Source: an uncultured Actinomycetes bacterium
GTDB taxonomy: Bacteria; Actinomycetota; UBA4738; HRBIN12
Length of the DNA: 64,000 bases
Direction: 5' to 3'
NCBI GenBank assembly: GCA_963704725.1
Contig: OY969934.1
Location: 1,824,001-1,888,000, forward strand
Shown here: positions 27,669-38,300 of the stretch, piece after piece
Layout: each line of letters starts with the position of its first letter
Numbering within the stretch: the first letter of the stretch is position 1
Program-made: the position numbers and the translations under genes
Notes under the pieces: generated by a model
The model's input: the letters and a program-made list of their open reading frames with translations, nothing else
Told to the model about the DNA's origin: nothing
Databases searched by the model: none

Positions 27669-28430
27669 ATGCGCAGGAAGAAGTCCGAGCAGCAGGCCGC
27701 GCCGGCGCGGGCCGACGGCAGGCTCACCCCGATGGACGTCCAGCAGGTGGAGTTCCGCCTCTCCTTCCGCGGCTACAACGAGCGCGACGTCGACGCCTTC
27801 CTCGATCGTCTGACCGAGGACCTGTCCTGGTACATGGAGGAAAGCCAGCGGCTGCGCGCCGGCGGCTCGTACGCCGGGCCCCCGGCCGACGCGGGGGCGG
27901 CGCAGGGGGAGGCGGACGAGGTCTTGGCGCGGGCTCGCCAGGAGGCCGCGGCGATCGTTCGGCGGGCCGAGCAGGACGCAGCTGCGATCCGGGCGGGGGG
28001 CGGCGCCAGCGGCGACACCCGCGCGGCGGTGGCGCCGTTCCTGAACACCGAGCGGGAGTTCCTGCAGAGCCTCGGTTCGCTCGTCCAGACCCACGCCGAG
28101 GAGGTCAAGCGCATGGTCCTTGCGCTGCGGGCCGGAGCCGGTCACACGGGCCGGAGCGCCGCCCCGGCCGAGGAGGCGCCGGCTGCGGTCGAGGAAGCGC
28201 CCGCCTCGGACGAGCCGGCCGCGCCGGCGGCCGAGGAGGAGGTCGACCTCAGCACGGCGTCGGCGGCGGAGATCCGCGAACGGCTGGGCGAGCCGGAGCA
28301 GGACGACACGTCGGCGTCCGAGCCGGTGCGCGTGGAGAGCGGGACCGAACCCGCCTACAGCGCCGAGAGCGCACAGGCGGGCGAGGGCCGCGAGCGGTCC
28401 CTTCGAGAGCTGTTCTGGGGCGACGACTGA
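27669..28430 (+). CDS. divIVA: DivIVA domain protein
   Basis: LTPMDVQQVEF..RGYNERDVDAFLD; last gene of the dcw cluster. Confidence 0.85.
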   Translation: MRRKKSEQQAAPARADGRLTPMDVQQVEFRLSFRGYNERDVDAFLDRLTEDLSWYMEESQRLRAGGSYAGPPADAGAAQGEADEVLARARQEAAAIVRRAEQDAAAIRAGGGASGDTRAAVAPFLNTEREFLQSLGSLVQTHAEEVKRMVLALRAGAGHTGRSAAPAEEAPAAVEEAPASDEPAAPAAEEEVDLSTASAAEIRERLGEPEQDDTSASEPVRVESGTEPAYSAESAQAGEGRERSLRELFWGDD

Positions 28431-28442
28431 GCCGTCGTCCGC

Positions 28443-31400
28443 TCAGATGCGCCGCAGGCTGATCGTCACCGGCTGCCCGTCGATCGCGGCGTCCTGTCGA
28501 TAGGCCGCGTCGGCCAGGACCTCGTCCCGAACCTCGGTGGCCAGCGTCTCCGCCGCGACGTCGGCCCGGTGCGCCGAGAAGGCGTCCGCGATCTCTCCCG
28601 CGGCCGCGACACCGAGCTCGATGCGATCGCTCACCTCGAGCCCGGCGGCCTTCCGCGAGTCCTGCACGAGGCGGACGAGCTCGCGGGCCAGCCCTTCCCT
28701 TCGAAGCTCCGCCGTGAGCTCCAGCTCGAGCGCGACGGTGATGCCGCCGTCACTCGCGACGCCCCAGCCCTCGAGCGTCTCCTGCACCAGGTCGACGTCC
28801 TCGGGTCCGAGGTCGACCGGCGGCCCCGAGATGGAGACCTCGACGTGCTGGCCTGCGGCCAGGGCGGCCGCGACCGAGCCGTCGTCGCGCTCGAGGGCCG
28901 AGGCCACCTCCTTGACCCGAGGTCCCAGCCTCGGGCCGAGGGCCTTGAAGTTGGGCTTGGCACGCCACCGGCCGAACCGCTCCGCCGACTCGGCGAACAG
29001 GACCTCCTTCACGTTGAGCTCCTCGGCCACCAGCCCCAGCAGCGGGCCGAGCGCTTCGCGATCGCCCGGGTAGTGGATGACGGCCTCGAGGAGCGGTTGG
29101 CGCACGCGAACCTTCGTGTCGGTCCGGACGCGCCGTCCGAGCTCGACGATCGAGCGGGCCGCGAGCATCGCCTCGTCGAGCGTGGGATCGGAGCGCTCCG
29201 CGACCGGGACGGGGTAATCGGTGAGATGCACGGAGTCGGGTGCGCCGGAGAGGCCGCGTGAGAGGTTGCGCCACAACTCCTCGGCCACGAACGGCGTGAA
29301 CGGCGCGAGGAGCCGGGCCACGGTCAACAGGCACTCGTGCAGGGTGGCGAATGCCGCGCCGGTCTCGGTGCCCCCCGCGCCCTCGGGGTCCCAGAACCGC
29401 CGCCGGGCGCGCCGGACGTACCAGTTGGAGAGGTCGTCGACGAACGCCGCGATCCGACGTCCCGCGCCGGTCGCATCGTAGGCCTCGAGGCCGTCGCGGG
29501 CCGTTCGGACGGCGTCCGCGAGCTGCGAGAGCACCCAACGATCCAGGAGCGGCCGCTCCACCACGGGAACGGGCTCGGCGGCGGGGTCGAAGGCGCTCGC
29601 GTTCGCGTACGTGACGAAGAACGCGTACACGTTCCACAGCGTCAGCAGGAACTGGCGCACGACGTCGTCGAGGATGGCCATGCCGATGCGGCGGGAGGCC
29701 CACGGCGAGCCGCTCGTCAGCAGGTACCAGCGGAGCGCGTCGGCTCCCTGGCGGTCGAGCACCTCGAAGGGGTCGATCACGTTCCCCAGGGACTTGCTCA
29801 TCTTGCGCCCGTCCTCGTCGACGATGAGCCCGAGACAGACGCAGTTGCGGTAGGTCGTCGAGTCGAAGTGCAGGACGCCCTCGGCCATCAGGGTGTAGAA
29901 CCAGCCGCGCGTCTGGTCGATGGCCTCGCTGATGAAGTCGGCGGGGAAGCGTTGGTCGAACCGCTCGAGGCCGCGCCCGAGCTCGGGGTGGTAGCCCCAC
30001 TGGGCGTAGGGCATGGCGCCGGAGTCGTACCAGGTGTCGATCACCTCGGGGACGCGAGACGCGGTTTCGGCGCACTCGGGGCAGGGGAACGACACCTCGT
30101 CGATGGCCGGACGGTGCGGGTCGATCGCGGTGACGTCCCGCCCGGCGCGTTCGGACAGCTCGGAGAGCGAGCCGATCGCCGTGTCGTGGCGGTTCGGGCA
30201 GCGCCAGATCGGCAGGGGGGTCCCCCAGTACCGCTCGCGCGAGAGCGCCCAGTCCACGTTGTTCTCGAGCCAGTCGCCGTACCGGCCGTGCTTGATGTGC
30301 TCGGGGTACCAGTTCACCTCCTCGTTCACCGCGAGCAGGCGCTCCTTCACGGCGGTGGTGCGCACGTACCACGAGCTCCGGGCGACGTAGATCAACGGGG
30401 TCTCGCATCGCCAGCACAGGGGATAGGTGTGCAGGATCGTGCCGGCGCGTAGGAGGAGGTCCCGCCCGCGCAGGTCCTCGGTGATGGCGGGGTCGGCCTC
30501 CTTGAAGAAGACCCCCCGCACGAACCCGGGGGCCTCGTCCGTGAAGCGCCCCTCGCCGTCGAGCGGCCGGAACATGGGCCATCCCTCGCGCCGGCCGACC
30601 TCGAGGTCTTCCGGTCCGAACGCCGGCGCCATGTGGACGATCCCCGTCCCGTCCTCGAGCGAGACGAACTCGGCAGCGACGACGCGATGCGCGCCCTCGA
30701 CATTCGGATACAGGGGGGCATAGCGGGCGCCGACGAGCGTCGCACCGTTGGCGCTCCATCCGGCCGGGCTCGCGTCGGGCAGCACCGCGTCCTTCAGCTT
30801 GCTCGCGAGGACGTACCGTTCGCCTTCCTGCTCGACCATGACGTACTGGGCGTTCGCCGCTACCGCCAAGCCCTCGTTGGAGATCAGCGTCCAGGGCGTG
30901 GTCGTCCACCCGAGCAGGTGCGCGCCGACCAGGTCCGCATGCCGAGACTCGGTGACCGTGAACTTCACGAACACGCTCGGGTCCTCCACCTCCGTGTAGC
31001 CCATGGCCACCTCGGCATCGGACAGCGGCGTCCCGCACCGGGGGCAGTAGGTGGTGATCCGGTCGTCCTCGGACAGCAGGCCACGCTGGTGGAGCCGCTT
31101 CAGCGACCACCACACGCTCTCGATGTACTCGGTGTCCATCGTCCGGTAGGCGTCGGACAGGTCGATCCAGAATCCGATCCGCTCGGTGAGTCGCTCGAAG
31201 TCGCCCACGTAGCGCTGGACCGACTCGCGGCACAGCCGGTTGAACTCGGCGACGCCGAAGGCCTCGATGTCGCGCTTGCTCCTGGTCCCGATCTCCTTCT
31301 CCACCTCGAGCTCGACCGGCAGCCCGTGGCAGTCCCACCCGCCCTTGCGCGGGACGTAGTGGCCGGTCATCGCCTTGAAGCGCGGGTACACGTCCTTGAA

Positions 31401-31595
31401 CGTGCGGGGCTCGACGTGGTGGATGCCGGGGCGGCCGTTCGCCGTGGGCGGGCCCTCGTAGAAGACCCACAGTGGCCCGTCCTTGCGCTGCTCGAGCTGG
31501 CGGCGGAACACGTCGGCGTCGCGCCAGAACTCCAGGATCCTCTGCTCGACCTGCGGGAAGCGCACCTTGGGGTCGACCGGATTGAACGGCGCCAT
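28443..31595 (-). CDS. ileS: Isoleucyl-tRNA synthetase, type 2
   Basis: GPPTANG-PGIHH, GWDCHGLP, WTTTPWT, DQTRGWFY, KMSKS; Ile T-box upstream. Confidence 0.97.
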   Translation of the reverse strand: MAPFNPVDPKVRFPQVEQRILEFWRDADVFRRQLEQRKDGPLWVFYEGPPTANGRPGIHHVEPRTFKDVYPRFKAMTGHYVPRKGGWDCHGLPVELEVEKEIGTRSKRDIEAFGVAEFNRLCRESVQRYVGDFERLTERIGFWIDLSDAYRTMDTEYIESVWWSLKRLHQRGLLSEDDRITTYCPRCGTPLSDAEVAMGYTEVEDPSVFVKFTVTESRHADLVGAHLLGWTTTPWTLISNEGLAVAANAQYVMVEQEGERYVLASKLKDAVLPDASPAGWSANGATLVGARYAPLYPNVEGAHRVVAAEFVSLEDGTGIVHMAPAFGPEDLEVGRREGWPMFRPLDGEGRFTDEAPGFVRGVFFKEADPAITEDLRGRDLLLRAGTILHTYPLCWRCETPLIYVARSSWYVRTTAVKERLLAVNEEVNWYPEHIKHGRYGDWLENNVDWALSRERYWGTPLPIWRCPNRHDTAIGSLSELSERAGRDVTAIDPHRPAIDEVSFPCPECAETASRVPEVIDTWYDSGAMPYAQWGYHPELGRGLERFDQRFPADFISEAIDQTRGWFYTLMAEGVLHFDSTTYRNCVCLGLIVDEDGRKMSKSLGNVIDPFEVLDRQGADALRWYLLTSGSPWASRRIGMAILDDVVRQFLLTLWNVYAFFVTYANASAFDPAAEPVPVVERPLLDRWVLSQLADAVRTARDGLEAYDATGAGRRIAAFVDDLSNWYVRRARRRFWDPEGAGGTETGAAFATLHECLLTVARLLAPFTPFVAEELWRNLSRGLSGAPDSVHLTDYPVPVAERSDPTLDEAMLAARSIVELGRRVRTDTKVRVRQPLLEAVIHYPGDREALGPLLGLVAEELNVKEVLFAESAERFGRWRAKPNFKALGPRLGPRVKEVASALERDDGSVAAALAAGQHVEVSISGPPVDLGPEDVDLVQETLEGWGVASDGGITVALELELTAELRREGLARELVRLVQDSRKAAGLEVSDRIELGVAAAGEIADAFSAHRADVAAETLATEVRDEVLADAAYRQDAAIDGQPVTISLRRI

Positions 31596-31619
31596 CTCCA
31601 CCACCTCCTCTCCGAACGC

Positions 31620-31895
31620 ACGAACGCCCCGTCCCCTGATGCAGGGACGAGGCGCATGCCCCGCGGTACCACCCCGCTTGCCGAGGCCTCACGGCCCCGG
31701 CCGCTCGCGGCTGCCGACACAGCCCCCCGCTGTCACGGGCGGGGCCCGGCCGCGCCTACTGCGGGCGCGCGGCTCGCGTCCGGTTCGGGCGGCGGCTCGG
31801 GGAGGATGTTCGCGGGGCCCTGCCCGCCGGGCTCGCACCGTCCCCGGCTCGCTCGGGGTGGGATCCCCGCTACTCGTTCCCGTCGTCGCCTGTAC
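31620..31895 (-). promoter_or_regulatory. Isoleucine T-box riboswitch
   Basis: Long Stem I (AGTAG, AGCGAGCC, GGTGCGA), specifier AUC at 31805-31807, T-box GGGTGGTACCGCG at 31662-31674, downstream hairpin 31625-31654, -10 TAGCAT upstream. Confidence 0.92.
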
Positions 31896-31916
31896 CGGGG
31901 GATGCTACACGTCGTC

Positions 31917-32177
31917 ATGGGCTCGGTCACGGTTCGGGTGGTTCCGCGGTCGGGGCGGACGGCCGTGGAGGTCGGGCCCGACGGTCCGGTGGTCCGCGTC
32001 CGCGCGGCGCCCGAAGGCGGCCGAGCCACCGAGGAGGCCCGCCGGGCCCTGGCCAGAGCGGCCGGGGTCGCCGCCGGAGCGGTCCGACTGCGCACGGGGA
32101 CGCGCTCGCGGACCAAGGTCTTCGAGGTGGAGGGCGTCGGCTCCGAGGAGCTCTTGAGACGCCTGCGAGGTGCCTGA
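31917..32177 (+). CDS. DUF167 (YggU) family protein
   Basis: VRVVPRS, VRVRAAPEGGRA, GTRSRTK. Confidence 0.85.
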   Translation: MGSVTVRVVPRSGRTAVEVGPDGPVVRVRAAPEGGRATEEARRALARAAGVAAGAVRLRTGTRSRTKVFEVEGVGSEELLRRLRGA

Positions 32178-32258
32178 CGAGGGGTCGGAGGCCCGGGCGA
32201 GAACGTGCCGGATGTCCCATTGTCTGGCAACCTGGGCGGTGCTAGCGTCCCCCGGACC

Positions 32259-32645
32259 ATGGCCGCCAAGACCGTCTACACCAAGAAGGAGCTCGAGGAC
32301 CTGCGCGAGCGTCTGCTGACCGAGCGATCCGAGTTGGAAGAGCAACTGACGACCATCGAGGAGCAATCGTTCGCCGCGTCGCAGTCGGACATCTCCGGTG
32401 AGGTGTCATTCGACGAGGAGAACGCGGACGCCGGGACCTTCACGTTCGAGCGGGAGCGGGACCTGTCCATCGAGAACAACGTCCGCGACCTGCTGACCAA
32501 GATCGATCGAGCCCTCGGGAAGATGGGCGAAGGGACGTACGGCATCTGCTCGCGATGCGGCAAACCGATCGAGAAGGCCCGGCTGAAGGCGCTCCCGTAC
32601 GTCGACCTCTGCCTCAAGGACGCACAGGCGCAGTCGCGGCGGTAA
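32259..32645 (+). CDS. TraR/DksA C4 zinc-finger protein
   Basis: Coiled coil with ADAG tip, YGICSRCGKPI..RLKALP..LCLKD. Confidence 0.88.
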   Translation: MAAKTVYTKKELEDLRERLLTERSELEEQLTTIEEQSFAASQSDISGEVSFDEENADAGTFTFERERDLSIENNVRDLLTKIDRALGKMGEGTYGICSRCGKPIEKARLKALPYVDLCLKDAQAQSRR

Positions 32646-32649
32646 CGCC

Positions 32650-33144
32650 GTGACCGACCGTGCTCGCGAGCTCGCCCTCTGGCTCTATGCCACCGCGGCC
32701 ACCGCGTACATCCTCGATCGAGCCACCAAGCTCTGGGTCGAGCGCACGCTCGCCGGGCGGCCCCCCCTGCGGGTGATCCCGGGCGTCCTGACCTTCACGT
32801 ACACGACGAACTCGGGGGGCGCGTTCGGGCTCGGGCGGAGCGCCCCCTGGCTGTTCGCCGCCGCCTCCATCCTCGTGTCACTGGCCATCGTGGTCGCGTC
32901 GTTCCGCCAGTCGCGGTTCGCGCTGTCGGTCGCCCTGGGCCTGATCCTGGGCGGCGCGCTCGGGAACCTCACCGATCGCGCCGTGAACGGGCCCGGGTTG
33001 ACCGGACACGTCACCGACTTCATCGACGTCGGGGTGTGGCCGGTGTTCAACCTCGCCGACAGCTGCATCGTGGTCGGGGCCCTGCTCCTTGCCCTGTCCA
33101 CCGCGGTCCACGACGAGCGCGGGGACGTGCCGCGGGAGGCCTGA
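32650..33144 (+). CDS. lspA: Lipoprotein signal peptidase II
   Basis: NSGGAFG, GGALGNLTDR, VTDFI, FNLADS. Confidence 0.95.
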   Translation: MTDRARELALWLYATAATAYILDRATKLWVERTLAGRPPLRVIPGVLTFTYTTNSGGAFGLGRSAPWLFAAASILVSLAIVVASFRQSRFALSVALGLILGGALGNLTDRAVNGPGLTGHVTDFIDVGVWPVFNLADSCIVVGALLLALSTAVHDERGDVPREA

Positions 33145-33146
33145 GC

Positions 33147-34037
33147 GTGGCCGAGGCGTTCGAGGCGCCCCCCGGCCGGCTCGACGTGGTCGTGGCCGAT
33201 CGGCTCGCCGTGAGCCGGGCGGAGGCGCAGCGGGCCATCGCCTCCGGCGACGTCACCGTCGACGGATCCCCGCGCACGAAGTCCTTCCGTCTGGCCGGGG
33301 GCGAGCGGGTGGTGGCGGACCTCGCGCCGGCGCGGGGCGTCCCCGCCGAGGGAGCTGCGGTGCCCCTGCGGTACCGGGACGGGCATCTCGTGGTCGTGGC
33401 CAAGCCCGCGGGGCTTCCCACGCATCCGACCGAGAACCGCAGGAGCGGCACGCTCGTCAACCGGCTGCTGGCGATGGGCGTCCCGCTCGCCCCGCGCGGG
33501 GGAGCGCTCCGGCCGGGCATCGTGCACCGGCTGGACGCCGGGACCTCGGGGCTGCTCGTGGTGGCCTGCGACGACCGGACCCACGAGGCGCTCGCCGCGC
33601 TGTTCGAGGCCCACGGCGCCGATCGTCGGTACCTCACGCTCGTGCGCGGAGCGGTCGAGCACGACCGGTTCGAGGTCGACGCGCCGCTGGGACGAAAAGG
33701 GGCGAGGATCCGCGTGGACGCCACCGCCGGACGGTCGGCCGCCACCGCGTTCGAGGTGCGCGAGCGTGCGGGACGGGCCACCCTGCTCGAGGCCGTCCCG
33801 AGGACCGGGCGCACCCACCAGATCCGTGTGCACCTGGCCTCCGTCGGCCACCCCATCCTCGGCGACGCCCGCTACGGCGGCGGCGGCGACGACGCCAGGG
33901 CGCTCGGGTTGGCGCGGCCGTTCCTGCACGCCGCGCGCCTCGCCTTCGACCACCCGGTCACGGGCGAGCGGATCGATCTCGAGGAGCCGCTGCCGGAGGA
34001 CCTGGAGGCGGCTCTGGCCCGAGCCCGGGCCGGGTGA
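33147..34037 (+). CDS. rluD: RluA/RluD-family pseudouridine synthase
   Basis: S4-like N-terminus, KPAGL, VHRLDAGTSGL, TGRTHQIRVH, LHA. Confidence 0.9.
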   Translation: MAEAFEAPPGRLDVVVADRLAVSRAEAQRAIASGDVTVDGSPRTKSFRLAGGERVVADLAPARGVPAEGAAVPLRYRDGHLVVVAKPAGLPTHPTENRRSGTLVNRLLAMGVPLAPRGGALRPGIVHRLDAGTSGLLVVACDDRTHEALAALFEAHGADRRYLTLVRGAVEHDRFEVDAPLGRKGARIRVDATAGRSAATAFEVRERAGRATLLEAVPRTGRTHQIRVHLASVGHPILGDARYGGGGDDARALGLARPFLHAARLAFDHPVTGERIDLEEPLPEDLEAALARARAG

Positions 34038-34043
34038 GGAGCG

Positions 34044-35171
34044 TCAGCGCCGGGCCCGCTCGGCTTCCTTGAGGTAGAGGGCGTGCTGGGTGCGGACCTC
34101 CTCGCGCGAGGAGAGCAGACGGTCCTCGACGTCGGGCGGGAGCGTGCGCGACTCGATCAGCGCGTTGAGCTTGCCCGGGTCGATGGACAACACGCCTTCC
34201 CACAGCCCCAGGGGCTCCAGGATCGCTCGCACCTGCTCCTGCAGCGGGGCCGTCACGTGCTGGGGGCGGCGGTCGATGGCCGCCCCGTCCGTCCCGAACA
34301 GGCGGCGGTACCCGTGCTCGTCGGCGAACGCGTTGATGAGCGGAGAGAGCTCGTCCAGACGACGATAGACCTCGCGGCCGCGCCGCTTGAGGTCGATCCA
34401 CTCGTCGACCACGGCGGTCATCCGGGGCGCAGGGTCGCCCTGCTCGCGCTCGGACCGGTGTCGGAACAGGGGGCACAGGGGCTGGTATTCGCACCAGTCG
34501 CAAAGCGGGTTCTGGCGGGGCTCGAACTTGCCGGCCGCGATCCGCTCCGCGACCGTGCCGATCCGCCGTCGGAGCTCGTCGACGTCGGCGGAGGTCCGCG
34601 CCGTCGTCATCCGCTGACCGGGAAGGAGGTAGTACAGGGTGAGCCGCTCGGGCTCGATGCCCCACACCTCGCGGGCGGCCAGGTGATAGATGCTGAGCTG
34701 CAGGTCGCGGTCGATCCGGGCCTGCGGCGGGAGCCGGCGGTTCGTCTTGTAGTCGATGATCTCGTAGCCGCCGCCGGGGATCCGGTCCATGCGGTCGATC
34801 ACGCCCGAGAGCGCGATGCCCTCCACCTCGACCGTGAATCGGAACTCGAGCGCGGCGGGGATGCGGTACTGCGGCGCGTTCTCCCGGTGGTACAGGCCGA
34901 GCACCTGGCGGCCGTGGTCCCGGTACATCTGCTCCTCGGATCCGTCGCGGAACCCGTCGGAGACCCAGGAGATCTCGAGCATCTCGTGGAGCTCCTCGAG
35001 CGAGGGCGGCACCGGCACCGGCCGGTCGTGGAACAGGTGCAGGGCGCGATGAAGCGAGTCCCCGAACGCAAGCGCCGGCGACGTGGCCTGCGGCACCCGG
35101 TCCTCGTACTGGAACTTGAACTTGGCCGGGCAGGTTTCGTAGGTGTTGATGCTCGAGTACGAGAGCCGCAT
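34044..35171 (-). CDS. RecB/AddB-like PD-(D/E)XK nuclease with Fe-S cysteines and C-terminal extension
   Basis: LSYSSINTYETCP, GDSLH, GVIDRMD, IIDYKT, QLSIY, CDWC..LCP. Confidence 0.88.
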   Translation of the reverse strand: MRLSYSSINTYETCPAKFKFQYEDRVPQATSPALAFGDSLHRALHLFHDRPVPVPPSLEELHEMLEISWVSDGFRDGSEEQMYRDHGRQVLGLYHRENAPQYRIPAALEFRFTVEVEGIALSGVIDRMDRIPGGGYEIIDYKTNRRLPPQARIDRDLQLSIYHLAAREVWGIEPERLTLYYLLPGQRMTTARTSADVDELRRRIGTVAERIAAGKFEPRQNPLCDWCEYQPLCPLFRHRSEREQGDPAPRMTAVVDEWIDLKRRGREVYRRLDELSPLINAFADEHGYRRLFGTDGAAIDRRPQHVTAPLQEQVRAILEPLGLWEGVLSIDPGKLNALIESRTLPPDVEDRLLSSREEVRTQHALYLKEAERARR

Positions 35172-35266
35172 CGCGCTCCTCTTCCGGCCGGGCGGTGACC
35201 TCGGCTCTTGTCTGCTCGGTCGAGCGAGTCTATGCTTCGGGTCCCAGGAATCACAAGCATGTAAGT

Positions 35267-35286
35267 TTATCCACACGTTTCCCACA
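35267..35286 (+). promoter_or_regulatory. DnaA box pair in the divergent nuclease/dnaE1 intergenic region
   Basis: Perfect TTATCCACA 35267-35275 and degenerate TTTCCCACA 35278-35286 in an AT-rich patch. Confidence 0.65.
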
Positions 35287-35347
35287 CGGCCGTCCCCAGG
35301 GCCGTACGAGGTCAGGTGCCAAGGGTCGACAAGGAGCCCGGGTCTCG

Positions 35348-38300
35348 TTGAGCGGTCGAAGCTTCGTCCACCTCCACAACCACACCGAGTACTCGCTGCT
35401 GGACGGGGCCTCCCGGATCGACGCGCTGTTCGCGCGGGCGGCGGAGGAGGAGATGCCGGCCCTCGCCATCACCGACCACGGCGCCATGTTCGGCGCGCTG
35501 AGCTTCTACGAGGCCGGGCTGAAGGCGGGCGTCAAGCCGATCCTTGGCGTGGAGACCTACGTGGCGCCGTCCTCACGGTTCGAGCGCGCGCCGGGGGAGA
35601 GCGAGGAGAAGTACCGGCATCTCACGATCCTGGCCAAGGACGAGACGGGGTATCGGAACCTCCTGCGCCTCGTGACCGACGCCCACCTCGAGGGCTTCTA
35701 CCACCGGCCGAGGATCGACAAGGAGCTCCTCGCCGAGCGGGCCGAGGGCCTGATCGGGCTGTCGGGCTGTCTGGCGTCGGAGATCTCGCAGCTCCTGCTG
35801 GCGGGCCAGGACGCCAAGGCCGCCGACGTGGCCGCGACGTACGCGGGGATCTTCGGGGCCGGGAACTTCTTCGTCGAGCTCCAGGACCACGGGCTCGAGG
35901 ACCAGCGCCGGATCCTCGGCAAGCTCGTCGACCTCGCCCGGCACACCGGGCTGCCCCTGGTCGCGACGAACGACCTGCACTACACGGAGCGGGCCGACGC
36001 CAAGCCGCACGACGTGCTGCTCTGCATCCAGCAGCAGAAGGTCCAGACGGACACCAACCGCCTGCGCTTCGACACCGACCAGTTCTACCTGAAGACCGCC
36101 GACGAGATGCGCGAGGTCTTCCGCGACCTGCCGGAGGCCTGCGACAACACGCTCGCCATCGCCGAGATGTGCGATCTGCGACTCGCGTACGGCGACCAGG
36201 TGCCGCTCGAGGAACGCTTCCACGTCCCGCGGTTCGAGCCGCCCGAGGGGATGGACCGCGACGAGCACCTCCGGCGGCTGGTCGAAGACGGGGCGCGGCA
36301 GCGCTACGGCGAGCTGACGCCGGAGATCCGCGACCGCATCGGGCACGAGCTCGAGGTCATCACCTCGATGGGGTTCTCCGGGTACTTCCTCATCGTGTGG
36401 GACCTGATCCGGTTCGCCCGGGAGAGTGGGATCCGGGTGGGGCCGGGGCGGGGTTCGGCCGCGGGGTCCGTGGTCTCGTACTCGCTGCGGATCACCGACC
36501 TGGACCCGCTGCGGTACGGGCTCATCTTCGAGCGGTTCCTGAACCCGGGCCGGATCCAGATGCCCGACATCGACATGGACTTCGACGAGCGCCGCCGGGA
36601 CGAGGTCATCCGGTACGTGGCCTCGAAGTACGGCTCGGACCACGTGGCGCAGATCATCACGTTCCAGACGATCAAGGGGAAGCAGGGGATCCGCGACGCC
36701 GCCCGGGTGCTGGGGTTCCCGGCGAGCGTGGGGGACCGCCTGTGCAAGATGTACCCGCCCGCCGTGCTCGGTCGGGAGCACCCGATCGAGGAGGCGCTGA
36801 AGCTCTCGTCGGAGCTGCGCGACGCGTACGAGCGCGAACCGGAGTCCCGCGAGATCGTCGACACGGCACGCGCCCTCGAGGGTCTGCGACGCGAGGACTC
36901 GGTCCACGCCGCCGGCGTGGTGATCGGCGACGCCCCGCTCGTCAACTACCTGCCGCTCAAGCTCTCCAAGGACTCGCGGGACGACTCACGGCGCATCGTG
37001 ACGCAGTTCGACATGAAGGGGGTCGAGAAGCTCGGCCTCCTCAAGATGGACTTCCTCGGGCTGCGCAACCTCTCGGTGATCGAGGACACGCTGTCGCACC
37101 TGCGCCGCAGGGGCGTCGAGCTGGACATCGACCACGTGCCGCTCGACGACGAGACCGTGTACGCGATGCTGAAGCGCGGCGACACGACCGGGGTCTTCCA
37201 GATGGAGTCGCCGGGAATGCGTCAGCTGATCAAGGACCTCGAGCCGGACCGGTTCGAGGACCTCATGGCGCTCGTCGCCCTGTACCGGCCGGGACCGCTC
37301 AACGCGGGGATGCACACCGAGTACGCGCGGCGCAAGCACGGCCGCCACCCGGTCACGTATCCCCACGACGACCTGAAGGACATCCTGGAGGGGACCTACG
37401 GGATCATGGTCTACCAGGAGCAGGTCATGCAGATCGCGGTGCGCATGGCCGGGTACTCGATGGCCGAGGCCGACATGCTGCGGCAGGCCATGGGCAAGAA
37501 GATCCGCGAGAAGCTCATGGTCCACAAGGAGACGTTCATCCAGGGCTGCATCGACCACGGCTACACGCACAAGCTCGCCACGGAGGTGTTCGAGCTGATG
37601 GAGCCCTTCGCCGACTACGGCTTCAACGCCTCGCACGCCTGCGCGTACGGGTACGTCGCCTACCAGACGGCGTACCTCAAGGCCCATCACGCCGTCGAGT
37701 ACATGTCGGCGGTGCTCACCAGCGTGAAGGACGACAAGGACCGCAAGCCGTACTACCTGAACGCCTGCCGGCTGATGGGGCTCGAGGTCCTCCCGCCCGA
37801 CGTCAACGAGTCCGAGCAGGACTTCGCGCCGGTCTCGAGCGGCGAGGCGAAGATCCGCTACGGGCTCTCGGCCGTTCGCAACGTCGGAGGCGGGGCCGTG
37901 CAGCAGATCATCGACGGCCGCCTGGCCAAGGGCGCGTTCATCGGCTACGCGGACTTCTGCCGCAAGGTCGATCCGAGCGTCCTGACCAAGCGCGTACTGG
38001 AGAGCCTCATCGTGGCGGGCGCGTTCGACTCGCTCTCGTACCACCGCCGGGCGCTCCTGGAGAACCAGGACAAGGTCTCCGCCCCCATCTCCTCCGAGCG
38101 CAAGGCGGAGGAGGCCGGGCAGTTCTCGCTGTTCGGCGGGGGTGACGGCGCGGCCACCGACATCGACGAGTCCGTGCTCTCGGGGGAGGAGTTCGACAAG
38201 CGAACGCTGCTGCGCGAGGAGAAGAAGGTGCTCGGGCAGTTCGTGACGGACCACCCCCTGCTCGCCGTCAAGGACGTCCTGGCGGCGCAGACCGACATGG

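Noticed and set aside
34044-35171. Cas4 of a CRISPR system
   Set aside because: No repeat-spacer array or other cas genes anywhere in the window.
35240-35290. Replication origin
   Set aside because: Only one perfect and one degenerate DnaA box, and no dnaA/dnaN context; regulatory use is more likely.
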